IMG/VR virus record: IMGVR_UViG_3300023174_000039
Coordinates: 62,001-126,000 of that record
Length of the DNA stretch: 64,000 nucleotides
Reading direction: 5' to 3' (one strand)
Translations under genes and position numbers: made by a program
Shown: positions 46,333 to 55,345 of the stretch, in pieces
Layout: every line of letters begins with the position of its first letter
Numbering within the stretch: the first letter of the stretch is position 1
Notes under the pieces: generated by a model
The model's database searches: none
What the model saw: only the letters and a program-made list of their open reading frames with translations
Told to the model about the DNA's origin: nothing

Positions 46333-46968
46333 ATGAAGTTCACAGCACTAGCCCTGGTATCCGCATTGACCATTGCAGGATGTTCTACCACAGCAGTTAC
46401 CAACAGTAACGAGCAGATTCGAAATCAGAAGTTGTCCACAAGTTTTGTTGGTGAAGGTATCCGAATTGAAACTGACTGCAAGTGGTACAAGCCCTGGAAA
46501 GAAGACTGCGAGATTGTGAGCATTGAAGCAGTGGCAACTGCACCCACTTTTGGTAATACAGTGCCCAATCGTAAAAATGCACTCACAGTGGCCGAGATGA
46601 ACGCCGGTGCCAATGTGTCGCACTTTATCAAACAAAACATCACCAGTTCAAGAGTCACATCTACCATTGCCAAAAACGTAGAGAAAGCCCGAGACAAGCT
46701 GAACACCAATCATGGCGACCATGATGTGGTTGAAATGTCAGACAAAGAAGCCCGGGCCACCAATGTGAGTGTGCGTGAAAACAGCAACGACACAGCCGTG
46801 CAATTGACTACTACTGTGCAGGCCAACAGTGCCGCAATCCTGCGTGGCTTCAAAGTGATCAAACAAGAAGTCATTGGCGCTCAAGAAGTGGCAGTGACTA
46901 TTCGTTGGGACAAGAACAGCGAACGCACCGCCAAGCTGTTAGAAAGCAAATTTGGTGCTGGTCGTTGA
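46333..46968 (+). CDS. lipoprotein (LPP20-like)
   Basis: Lipobox IAGC; LRG...V.VTIRW. Confidence 0.75.
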   Translation: MKFTALALVSALTIAGCSTTAVTNSNEQIRNQKLSTSFVGEGIRIETDCKWYKPWKEDCEIVSIEAVATAPTFGNTVPNRKNALTVAEMNAGANVSHFIKQNITSSRVTSTIAKNVEKARDKLNTNHGDHDVVEMSDKEARATNVSVRENSNDTAVQLTTTVQANSAAILRGFKVIKQEVIGAQEVAVTIRWDKNSERTAKLLESKFGAGR

Positions 46969-46974
46969 TTGGCC

Positions 46975-48036
46975 ATGAAAAAGTTAATTATGGCAGCCGC
47001 CATGTTGTTGTCAACTGCGGCACAGGCACTGAATCCCAGCATTGTGCTCACAGTAGGCCAATGGGTACTCAAGAATTCAGATCGTGTGTACTACGTGCAA
47101 GTGGAAGGCCGCGGCTACACTGAAGCTGAAGCCAGACGCAATGGATTTGCACTGGCAGTGGAGCAGGCCGTGGGTACTCTGGTGCTAAGTGAACGAGAAG
47201 CGGTACAACAACGGCTGGCCAGAAATGAAATCACCAACTATAGCAGTGGCTACGTTGATAACTTTCAAATTCTAGACAAAACCATGCGTCACAACGAAGT
47301 CACAGTGACCATGGATGTGTGGGTGGCTCACAGTGCTATTGCTAACAGACTGTTTGGTCGATCAGAAGTAGCAGGCCAAGTTGATGGCGCAAGAATCGGG
47401 GCACAGGTGCAAACCATGCAACAGAGCTTGTCAGATGGTGATCAAATTGTGTCCCGGGTGTTGAAAGACTTTCCTCGACGTGCATTTGACATCTCCCTGA
47501 GCAATGCTCGGTTTAGAATGGATGCGGACCGGCGCACCCTACTTGAAATACCATTCGTGCTGAAATGGAACTACAACTACATTGTGAGCCTGCACGAAGC
47601 ACTACAAGCTACATCGCAAAATCCGCGAGCAAAAAACTGTTGGAACTACAATCAGGACTGCGCCAATCAGACCTACATTAGAGTAGTGGCCAAAGACCCT
47701 GCAAGATTTGCCAAATGGGACAATACTCTGGGATTCAATGACTACCAAAAACACCACTTGGTTAATGACGCATTCATTAACTCAGTGCCAGTTATGCACT
47801 TGGTGATCCGGGATCCGCACAATCGCATTGTATTTCGGGACTGTTACAGATGGTCAAACATGACTTGGTCCAGCACCGAATCCTTTGTGGAAACACGCAA
47901 CAACCAAATTGGGGTGTACGGCGATCTGGTGCGTAGCAGTAGAATTGTGGTGGATTTAGGGTGGGATTCCCGTGGAATAGACGCATTAAGCAACATTGAA
48001 TTGTCAGTTGTCAAAGCTGACTCGTGCAAGGCATAA
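46975..48036 (+). CDS. secreted protein (FlgT-N/LPP20-like N-terminus)
   Basis: Signal peptide; V.G.G....EA..N....AVEQAVG.LV.SE. Confidence 0.7.
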   Translation: MKKLIMAAAMLLSTAAQALNPSIVLTVGQWVLKNSDRVYYVQVEGRGYTEAEARRNGFALAVEQAVGTLVLSEREAVQQRLARNEITNYSSGYVDNFQILDKTMRHNEVTVTMDVWVAHSAIANRLFGRSEVAGQVDGARIGAQVQTMQQSLSDGDQIVSRVLKDFPRRAFDISLSNARFRMDADRRTLLEIPFVLKWNYNYIVSLHEALQATSQNPRAKNCWNYNQDCANQTYIRVVAKDPARFAKWDNTLGFNDYQKHHLVNDAFINSVPVMHLVIRDPHNRIVFRDCYRWSNMTWSSTESFVETRNNQIGVYGDLVRSSRIVVDLGWDSRGIDALSNIELSVVKADSCKA

Positions 48037-48081
48037 GTAATTATCTAAGCAGTTTATTGTTTAGATAATCATTTGTACATT

Positions 48082-48654
48082 ATGGCACTAGATACTACCA
48101 CAACCGAAAACTCTCACAGTCAAGACCTAGCCGATAACGGCATGTATGTTTTCATGGGCGAAGTAGACAATGAAAGCATCCGACCCATTATTGAATGGAT
48201 CTTGCACGAAAACTTTGTTGTAAAGAAAAAGCGCAAAGAACTCCTGCTGATGATCTGTAGTGAGGGTGGCGATATGAGTGCCGCCTTTGCCTTAATAGAT
48301 GTGATGAAGAGTTCCAACATCTTTATTAAAACCGTGGGCCTGGGGCAAATTGCATCAGCAGGCCTGTTGATCTTTCTAGCAGGATCACCGGGACGCAGAA
48401 CACTCACACCTAATACTTCAATCATGAGTCATCAATATGCCTGGGGCAGTGACGGAAAACATCATGAGTTGTTGGCTACCATTAGAGAATTTGAACTCAC
48501 GCAACGTCGCATGGTTCAGCATTACATAACCTGTACAGGATTGAGTGAAGAAGATATCAAGCAACACCTGTTGCCACCACATGATGTTTACTTGAGTGCC
48601 GAAGATGCCCTGAGACTAGGCATCTGTGATCATATCAGCCAGCTGGCTCGTTAA
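48082..48654 (+). CDS. ClpP-like protease (divergent)
   Basis: ICSEGG, GQIASAG (Ser), MSHQ (His), HDVYLSAE.A..LGICD. Confidence 0.88.
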   Translation: MALDTTTTENSHSQDLADNGMYVFMGEVDNESIRPIIEWILHENFVVKKKRKELLLMICSEGGDMSAAFALIDVMKSSNIFIKTVGLGQIASAGLLIFLAGSPGRRTLTPNTSIMSHQYAWGSDGKHHELLATIREFELTQRRMVQHYITCTGLSEEDIKQHLLPPHDVYLSAEDALRLGICDHISQLAR

Positions 48655-50258
48655 CGTTTTCTACGCCCTGTAGTTTTTTCGTCAAAGTCAGGTTCTTTAC
48701 CACGTGCGGCTCGGGCACCAGGGCCGCTGAGTCTAGGTGCTCGGCCAACCTGATCCAGTTGCTCAGTATCATCACCTGGGCCCATAAAATCACCCAGTTC
48801 GCCGGCCTCGCTGTCACCGGGTGCATCAGTAGTGGAACTGTTTTCTACGTTGGGAATGGCTCGGGGTTCTTTGTTGATGTTGAACACCAACTTGCCGCCT
48901 GAACTAGCAGTTGAGCTATAACTCTTTTGTGCTTCAAGTGTTACTTGAGTAAACAACTTACTGGGCCAAACTGTGTTGAATTCTAATACAAATTCGCCAT
49001 CTTTGGTCTTGGTAGCATTGGTATACATTTGCACAAATGCCGAGTTGTTGAGAATGTCTGCTGCCGCTTCTGAGAAGTTGGTTTTTAAATTGATCTCGTT
49101 ACACACCTTGTAGGCAATTGAACTAACCAGGTGGTTTAGTGGCACCACTTTGCTGGGGTCGTCTGCTGTGCGATCTTTGTAGAGTTTTTTGAGGTTGGGC
49201 GATATTTTGGTTTTGTCAATGTCAAAATTCTTGTCTCCGGCATACTGTTTAAGACTCATCACCTGTGGAATTTCGTCAGGGGTGATGATGCCAAATTGCA
49301 CGCCAAGATCCAGCGGGCCAGAGTCGTGATTGCCTTTGTCAATGGTTTTGAGAATGTCAATAACATCACTATAGTTGGCAGCAAACTCCGTCATACCGGC
49401 TGCTTCTAGTTCACGTACTGCCACCAACAAATTGATCGAGCTGGCCATGGCGCCCTTGGCGCCCTTGCTTGACAACTTGATTTGTTTGCCTTCAGGACTG
49501 ACCAACAACGAGTCATACAGTCCACCGGACACGTTTTGATTAAAACTTACAACACAATCAGAGAATCCATTTCTACCCATGAACAACTCAGCTGCCTTGG
49601 CAGCATTGCCCTTGACCTGACCACCGTTGATCAACACACATGGTTGTAGCATTTCACAGAAGTAATCTCGAAATCCTTTGAAGTCCATGTTGCCACCATC
49701 TACTGCGGTAGGGAAACGAGCAGAATTCATCACAGTGGCAGCCGCTTGATATTCAGTGCTTTGGTTGCCAAATTTAGCACCAATCTGTGCCAGGATGCTT
49801 TCGGGCGTTTGACTTTTGAAATTGGTCAATACATCACTGGGTTTGTACCCTGCCTTCTCTTTTGATCCACGAGCATCAGTCTGGCTGAAGTTGCCGGGAA
49901 TGTCCTTGGTCTGGAAAAAGGTATTTTGTGTTTTTACTGGCTTGATCTCTTTGGTAAATTTTGCTAGATATCTAGTGCCCACAGCAGTATCAAATGCCGC
50001 AATACCAAATGCTCGCATGCCAGCATTGGGTTGATTGACCTTTTCAATTGGGTGTCCGGCAGCTTGCTCCACTTCAGACCAGGCTGCCATAAATTCATCG
50101 GGTGTGGCATAACTGCCAACTTCCGGGTAGAATGTTAAAGATTTAAACACAATCTTGTCGTCGGCAGTGTCACCTCTGGAATAGGTCTCGCCAGGTGCTC
50201 GGCCACTAAGCCCACGGGCTTCGGTTAATGAATCGAGTAAATCAAGTAGGTCTCTCAT
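48651..50258 (-). CDS. large hypothetical protein, possibly head-packaged, with PD-(D/E)XK-like motif
   Basis: N-terminal ...LTE; FCE, GLYDS....IKLSSKG. Confidence 0.6.
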   Translation of the reverse strand: MRDLLDLLDSLTEARGLSGRAPGETYSRGDTADDKIVFKSLTFYPEVGSYATPDEFMAAWSEVEQAAGHPIEKVNQPNAGMRAFGIAAFDTAVGTRYLAKFTKEIKPVKTQNTFFQTKDIPGNFSQTDARGSKEKAGYKPSDVLTNFKSQTPESILAQIGAKFGNQSTEYQAAATVMNSARFPTAVDGGNMDFKGFRDYFCEMLQPCVLINGGQVKGNAAKAAELFMGRNGFSDCVVSFNQNVSGGLYDSLLVSPEGKQIKLSSKGAKGAMASSINLLVAVRELEAAGMTEFAANYSDVIDILKTIDKGNHDSGPLDLGVQFGIITPDEIPQVMSLKQYAGDKNFDIDKTKISPNLKKLYKDRTADDPSKVVPLNHLVSSIAYKVCNEINLKTNFSEAAADILNNSAFVQMYTNATKTKDGEFVLEFNTVWPSKLFTQVTLEAQKSYSSTASSGGKLVFNINKEPRAIPNVENSSTTDAPGDSEAGELGDFMGPGDDTEQLDQVGRAPRLSGPGARAARGKEPDFDEKTTGRRKR

Positions 50259-50319
50259 TGTATTTCCGTAAGAATTATGTTATACTTATGCAAGAGCATT
50301 ACATAACACAGGAGAATTT

Positions 50320-50943
50320 ATGCCCAGTTTGATCCCAATGGTTGTAGAACAAACCTCAAAAGGCGAGCGCAGTTACGACATTTACAGTCGGCTGCTTCGA
50401 GACCGTGTCATCATGTTGGACACCGAAGTAAGCGAACACATAGCCAGTTTGATTGTGAGTCAATTGTTGTACCTTGAAAGTGAAGACCCTGACAAGGATA
50501 TTTCGCTATATATAAACAGTCCCGGCGGTAGTGTCACTGCTGGACTTGCAATCTACGATACCATGCAGTTTATCAAACCAGACGTTCATACCATTGTTAT
50601 AGGACAAGCTGCCAGCATGGGCAGTTTCTTGGCACAAGCAGGTGCACCGGGCAAGCGTTTTGTGCTGCCTGAAAGTCGCACCATGATTCACCGTGTGAGT
50701 TCAGGTACTCCCAGCACACGTGGCTCAATCCATGTGCAGGAACTGGAGTTTGAAGATGCTCGCAGAATGTTTGAAGAATCAAAACGCATCAACCAACGTC
50801 TTACTGAATTGTATGTCAAACACAACACAGCAGGCAAAACCTATGAAGAACTGTACGAGGCCATGAAGTTTGACACCTTCTTGAGCGCCGAGCAAGCAGT
50901 GGCATATGGACTTGCTGACAAAATTGTAACCAAACGAGTCTAA
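50320..50943 (+). CDS. clpP: ATP-dependent Clp protease proteolytic subunit
   Basis: [42 protein letters not shown]. Confidence 0.97.
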   Translation: MPSLIPMVVEQTSKGERSYDIYSRLLRDRVIMLDTEVSEHIASLIVSQLLYLESEDPDKDISLYINSPGGSVTAGLAIYDTMQFIKPDVHTIVIGQAASMGSFLAQAGAPGKRFVLPESRTMIHRVSSGTPSTRGSIHVQELEFEDARRMFEESKRINQRLTELYVKHNTAGKTYEELYEAMKFDTFLSAEQAVAYGLADKIVTKRV

Positions 50944-52106
50944 TGTTTTTTTCAATCACACACCACCCTGACACAAATTTTTCACATCAATGGCACAGCC
51001 CATCTCTAGTTGTCAACACTGACGCAGGATGGAATCATGTTGTGATTGATGATCAAATGGTGGTGTACAAAGGTTATGCTGAATCGGGTGTGTTGATTGA
51101 TCTGTTGCCACAAATACTGCAACAGTCTGAGCCAATGATGTTGGGCAATTTTTGTGCAATTGTGATTGGTAAAGATACATTAAAAATCAAAACAGACAGG
51201 TATCGTAGTTTTCCAATCTGGGTCAATGCCGGCAAAGAAATTACCAATTTGCAGGCATTGTCTCACACTGTGTGGACTGACATATACATTGAGTCAGATT
51301 TGGATCTAAACATTGTTCAGCACAAGTTCAATGTGATTGGCAAAATTGACACCACCCCAATTTCTGAATCAGATGCCTTGGAGCAGATAGATCAAATATT
51401 GCTGACTCGCACTGCTGACTTTGTCAAGTACAACACTCTGCCCATACGTTCTTTTCTAACAGGCGGGGTTGATTCGTTGCTGGTGTACAGTTATCTTGTG
51501 AGAGTCGGTGCACCAGTTGAAGTAATAGATTACTTGCATATTGACTATGATCACTTTTGGAAATCAAACTCTCATTATCTAAAAAAGTTCTGGGGGTACA
51601 GTCAGATACATCACTGGAACGACCCCACAGTTCTTGCCAGCGGCGCACCTGGTGATGAGTTTATGTTGCGCAGTCCCACAACTGCGTCAATGTATTTGCA
51701 GTTTCACCAATTGAACATGACGGATCTGTTGGAGGCCAATCCCACCTGTTTGCATTACTCGTATTTTAATCAAGCCAAAAATCTTGATGCCATACGACGA
51801 CCTTATGCTGTGACACGTCCGCAACAAATGGCCTGGGATATATGCAACATCCTGGTGAATGATTGGCAGCACTGGCACATTGGCAATACTTTGACCTGGA
51901 CCTTGTTGCGTGACATTGAAGTACTAAAACTATTGCTTAGAGTACCGGTAGAATCTGCTGTTGGTCAGATTCTCAACAGTGATCTTTCAAACCAGCTGAC
52001 TGAACGTAATCTTCCAGGGTCAACTGTTTGGATCAGTGACCAAAAGAACACAGGTGCTATGCGGAAAAATCTAACACGCCCGCTAAAAATTCGCAATGAT
52101 CTTTGA
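50943..52106 (+). CDS. asparagine synthetase-like (Ntn + PP-loop) protein
   Basis: GNFCAI, D.YRSFP, FLTGGVDS, GAPGDE. Confidence 0.7.
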   Translation: MFFSITHHPDTNFSHQWHSPSLVVNTDAGWNHVVIDDQMVVYKGYAESGVLIDLLPQILQQSEPMMLGNFCAIVIGKDTLKIKTDRYRSFPIWVNAGKEITNLQALSHTVWTDIYIESDLDLNIVQHKFNVIGKIDTTPISESDALEQIDQILLTRTADFVKYNTLPIRSFLTGGVDSLLVYSYLVRVGAPVEVIDYLHIDYDHFWKSNSHYLKKFWGYSQIHHWNDPTVLASGAPGDEFMLRSPTTASMYLQFHQLNMTDLLEANPTCLHYSYFNQAKNLDAIRRPYAVTRPQQMAWDICNILVNDWQHWHIGNTLTWTLLRDIEVLKLLLRVPVESAVGQILNSDLSNQLTERNLPGSTVWISDQKNTGAMRKNLTRPLKIRNDL

Positions 52107-53184
52107 CAGACACATGTTTTACTTGATCCATCCGGCTCACAAATTCCGTTAGCGTCTGATGACTTGGCTGGTCCCACGGGTATGTTTTTAAATTTGCAAT
52201 GATGGACCGTAATGCATTGATAGCATTGCTTTTTTGATCTGGCAGTATATCAGCCTTTAAAAGTTGTACACATGCTTGATACAGTTTTTGAATCACTACA
52301 TCTCTTTGAGCAACAGGCACAACACCTTCCAACAGGTGCGGCGCCCCTGGACTGCCAAACGTTACCACACTGGGCCAATTCTGCGCCAACAGCTCTATCA
52401 CTTGATCCAGATGATAATAGTTGTAGATTGAAGTTGTGATGTTTACCCGCAAACTTATCTTGGGATTGGCTCTTGCTTGTTCAAAGTTTTTCAACACCAC
52501 AGGCCAGTTGGTGCCAAATCTCACATACTCTGCTGCCTTGCCCACAGCGTCAATGCTGAACACCATGGTGATCTTGCCGGCATAACTTTCTACCCATGCC
52601 CAATCCACTGTGCTGCCATTGGTAAACATTGTGATATTGCTGTGTAGGTTTGCATGTGCCCAGGCCAGAAACTGTTTGCAATTGGGATCATAAAACGGTT
52701 CTCCACCCAACAACACCACGTCCCGTATGCGGTCAGCAATGGGCAACAAAAAATCAAAGTTGTCTATTCGAGTGCTGTTGATAGATTTTATATCGATCAA
52801 TCCGGCCTGTGCATGATGCTGGCTCACACGGCTACTGGCTTCGGGCCAACAAGTTTGACAGCTGAAGTTGCACACATTGCCTGGGCGTATCTCCAGGGTA
52901 ATATCGTCATTGGCATAGTGAGCATAGGCATGTTCGCCACCCAGCCGAGTGCTGTCGTTGCGTTGCTGAAGTTCTCTACGCTCACAACGAGTGCAGGCCG
53001 CGGGCCACACACCATTGGCCAACTGCTGTTCAAATGGGATATTTTGTTGATGCCAAGTTGTCAGATTTACTTGACTGATGTGATTTTGGGTTGAGTAATT
53101 GGAATCCTGCTGCCATTCGCAACAGGGTTTGACCACATGGTCATAACTGATAGCCAGGCCATGCTTTAGAAATTTACATTGCAT
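52057..53184 (-). CDS. radical SAM protein with twitch/SPASM-like N-terminus
   Basis: PCC, C..C, CNFSCQTC, LGGEPF, TNG, SID....YVR.G..W. Confidence 0.9.
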   Translation of the reverse strand: MQCKFLKHGLAISYDHVVKPCCEWQQDSNYSTQNHISQVNLTTWHQQNIPFEQQLANGVWPAACTRCERRELQQRNDSTRLGGEHAYAHYANDDITLEIRPGNVCNFSCQTCWPEASSRVSQHHAQAGLIDIKSINSTRIDNFDFLLPIADRIRDVVLLGGEPFYDPNCKQFLAWAHANLHSNITMFTNGSTVDWAWVESYAGKITMVFSIDAVGKAAEYVRFGTNWPVVLKNFEQARANPKISLRVNITTSIYNYYHLDQVIELLAQNWPSVVTFGSPGAPHLLEGVVPVAQRDVVIQKLYQACVQLLKADILPDQKSNAINALRSIIANLKTYPWDQPSHQTLTEFVSRMDQVKHVSVKDHCEFLAGVLDFSA

Positions 53185-53216
53185 GGTCTATTTAATGTGT
53201 AGACCTAGAACAAAAT

Positions 53217-53315
53217 TTAAAACCAGCCGTCAAAGTCGCTGTCAATTATGGGATGCACTTCCCATCCTTGTTGTTTCCATCGCAACAACATCACAAGAGT
53301 TTCTATAAATGTCAT
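53217..53315 (-). CDS. 32-aa micro-protein
   Basis: MTFIETLVMLLRWKQQGWEVHP...; ATGA-coupled. Confidence 0.5.
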   Translation of the reverse strand: MTFIETLVMLLRWKQQGWEVHPIIDSDFDGWF

Positions 53316-53395
53316 TCGTTAAACTCCTCAGCCATATACACTAGAATTATTATTCCAAATATTATAATCTGAATTGCCGCTAGTTCTATGGGCAT
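53312..53395 (-). CDS. 27-aa single-TM micro-protein
   Basis: MPIELAAIQIIIFGIIILVYMAEEFNE. Confidence 0.5.
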   Translation of the reverse strand: MPIELAAIQIIIFGIIILVYMAEEFNE

Positions 53396-53397
53396 GA

Positions 53398-53502
53398 TTA
53401 TTTCCAATAATTGTACTTGCTGGCAGGGCTCTGACGATACTGGTGAATCATTTCGGCCCAGTTGATTAGACCTTGGTAAATTGTGTTGATGATGTTTTTC
53501 AT
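53398..53502 (-). CDS. 34-aa micro-protein
   Basis: MKNIINTIYQGLINWAEMIHQYRQ...; SD AAGGA, ATGA overlap. Confidence 0.55.
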   Translation of the reverse strand: MKNIINTIYQGLINWAEMIHQYRQSPASKYNYWK

Positions 53503-53666
53503 AGATAGCTTTCCTTTTGAGAGTTAAATTGCTTAATGTAGTTTTCAAGCTGGGCGGCATCGGTAATGCCTTTAGTGCTTAGATATGCATCCAAGCGGCT
53601 TTGGTAATCAGATCCCGGAAACATTTCACCTAAACGTTCCAGTAATCGTGCTATGGTTTGTGTCAT
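53499..53666 (-). CDS. 55-aa DUF3563-like protein
   Basis: RLDAYLS.K...DAAQLENYIKQF; SD AAGGA; TAAATA upstream. Confidence 0.55.
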   Translation of the reverse strand: MTQTIARLLERLGEMFPGSDYQSRLDAYLSTKGITDAAQLENYIKQFNSQKESYL

Positions 53667-53685
53667 GATTTTATTTCCTTCTCAG

Positions 53686-53715
53686 TATTTACCATTAGAG
53701 TCTGTTGCACTGCAA
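53686..53715 (-). promoter_or_regulatory. PhaR-like box plus late TAAATA promoter
   Basis: TTGCAGTGCAACA on the minus strand, 11 nt upstream of TAAATA. Confidence 0.6.
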
Positions 53716-53745
53716 AAAACTAGTGGTTTTCACTGATTTTTATCA

Positions 53746-53781
53746 GTTGACCATTAAATCACAATTTGCTATAATACTTGT
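53746..53781 (+). promoter_or_regulatory. early promoter cassette, copy 3 (leaderless variant)
   Basis: TTGACC-17-TATAAT-ACTTGT-ATG. Confidence 0.85.
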
Positions 53782-54192
53782 ATGCTATATTTTTCTTATG
53801 GAATGAACACAAATCAGGCCGAAATGGCCGCACGGTGCCCAGGCGCTCAGGCGCTAGGACATGCCCGTTTGATTGATCATGTGTTTCGGTTTGCTACTCA
53901 TGCTGATGTTGTAAAATGTCGCGGGTCTTTTGTGGACGGAGTACTGTGGGAAATCAACAACAGTGATTTGCGAGCTCTTGACAGCCTTGAAGGCTTCCCT
54001 TACTATTACAATCGTCGTGCTCTAAGAGTGGCGTTTGAGGGCAGGACTGTGTTGGCCGAAACTTACTACATGCAACCGGGGCACTTGGACTCAGAACCCA
54101 GCCGTGGTTATTTTGCAACAGTTTTAGAGGGCTATCGTCAGCACAATATACCCCTGGATCAGCTGTACAACAGCATGGAAATCTTTGGTTGA
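53782..54192 (+). CDS. gamma-glutamylcyclotransferase (AIG2/GGCT-like)
   Basis: YFSYGMN, RCP, GVLW, LD.LEG. Confidence 0.88.
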   Translation: MLYFSYGMNTNQAEMAARCPGAQALGHARLIDHVFRFATHADVVKCRGSFVDGVLWEINNSDLRALDSLEGFPYYYNRRALRVAFEGRTVLAETYYMQPGHLDSEPSRGYFATVLEGYRQHNIPLDQLYNSMEIFG

Positions 54193-54242
54193 CCAATAAT
54201 TCTCCTTTTGCTATAATACTTGTATAGTAATTAAAAAGGAGT
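54185..54242 (+). promoter_or_regulatory. early promoter cassette, copy 4
   Basis: TTGACC(54189)-17-TATAAT(54212), SD. Confidence 0.9.
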
Positions 54243-54247
54243 GACAC

Positions 54248-54649
54248 ATGGAATTTCATGTTGACGGCCGAGGCCAACCCAAACGGTTTGTTGAGAGCTT
54301 GCTTCCATCCATGCTAGAGCAGTTGAAACTGACTACCAGCAAAAAGTTCCTGCATATTATACTAGACCGAGACCTTGAGGAACTGGGCACCACCATGCCA
54401 CTCAACGGCCTTGACACTTACCTGGTTGTGATCAAACCTGTAAAAGACCGTGCCGCCTTGGGCGCCACCCTGGCACACGAGCTCACCCATGTGGCACAGT
54501 TTGCCAAAGGTACCCTGCAGTTGACACCACGTGGCAAGCTGTGGAAAGGCAAGTACTACGGCCGCCGAGTGCCGTACCTGGACCAACCCTGGGAGATCCA
54601 GGCTTTTGCCAAGCAAGAAATCATCATGCGCAGGGCCATTGAGCTATAA
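54248..54649 (+). CDS. HEXXH zinc metallopeptidase-like phage protein
   Basis: LAHELTHVAQ...PWEIQA. Confidence 0.8.
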   Translation: MEFHVDGRGQPKRFVESLLPSMLEQLKLTTSKKFLHIILDRDLEELGTTMPLNGLDTYLVVIKPVKDRAALGATLAHELTHVAQFAKGTLQLTPRGKLWKGKYYGRRVPYLDQPWEIQAFAKQEIIMRRAIEL

Positions 54650-54650
54650 G

Positions 54651-54732
54651 TGTTGTTTTTTTGCAACACACAAAAAGGTTGACCAAAATATCCCAATTTG
54701 CTATAATACTTGTATAGTAATTAAAAAGGAGT
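54651..54732 (+). promoter_or_regulatory. early promoter cassette, copy 5, with upstream TGT-N12-ACA palindrome
   Basis: TGTTG-N8-CAACA; TTGACC(54679)-17-TATAAT(54702). Confidence 0.9.
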
Positions 54733-54737
54733 TCGAA

Positions 54738-55016
54738 ATGTCTTATGTAATCGTAGCTAAAGGTACCGGTCTTATCGTTACAGACGGTCCCAACAAAACC
54801 CGTGCATACAAAACTTTTGGTGCCGCCAAAGCAACCCGCACACGTCTTTGTACAAAAGCAGGGTGGAACGAAAGCCAATTGAACATTGTGGCCCGTGACA
54901 CATACACCGCACCCCGGATCACTGTTCGTAATTTGATGACAGGCAAGCCTGTGGAAATTGACGCAGACACACCTTGGGCTTGCCGAGTTGACAGCGAAGC
55001 ATACTGGAGCAACTAA
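54738..55016 (+). CDS. early hypothetical protein
   Basis: AAKATRTR...V.NLMTG...DTPW.C...SE.YWS. Confidence 0.75.
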   Translation: MSYVIVAKGTGLIVTDGPNKTRAYKTFGAAKATRTRLCTKAGWNESQLNIVARDTYTAPRITVRNLMTGKPVEIDADTPWACRVDSEAYWSN

Positions 55017-55099
55017 TGACAGACTTACAAATTCTTGTAACAACAGCAGTGGTCATTGTGATCTTTGCTGTGAAGGTTTGGATTCTTACAAAGATTTAA
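55016..55099 (+). CDS. 27-aa single-TM peptide
   Basis: TAATG overlap; hydrophobic. Confidence 0.5.
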   Translation: MTDLQILVTTAVVIVIFAVKVWILTKI

Positions 55100-55111
55100 G
55101 GAGCATCTGAT

Positions 55112-55345
55112 ATGAGAAATGCTACACCACGTACATTTACATTTAACGTCATGGTCAGAGAAACTGCCGACGGTCGTGTCACTAGATCCTCCACAGGCGG
55201 ACCGTGGTTACGATTGGCTAGAAAAATGGCCAAGAATGGCCATGCCACGTTGACCTGTAACGGAAGCCAGTTTGCCGGATATGGTGGATCTTATGATGTT
55301 GGTTATTACAGTTTGAACTATACAGTAACGGAGATTGTAAAATGA
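55112..55345 (+). CDS. hypothetical protein
   Basis: SD AAGGAG. Confidence 0.65.
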   Translation: MRNATPRTFTFNVMVRETADGRVTRSSTGGPWLRLARKMAKNGHATLTCNGSQFAGYGGSYDVGYYSLNYTVTEIVK

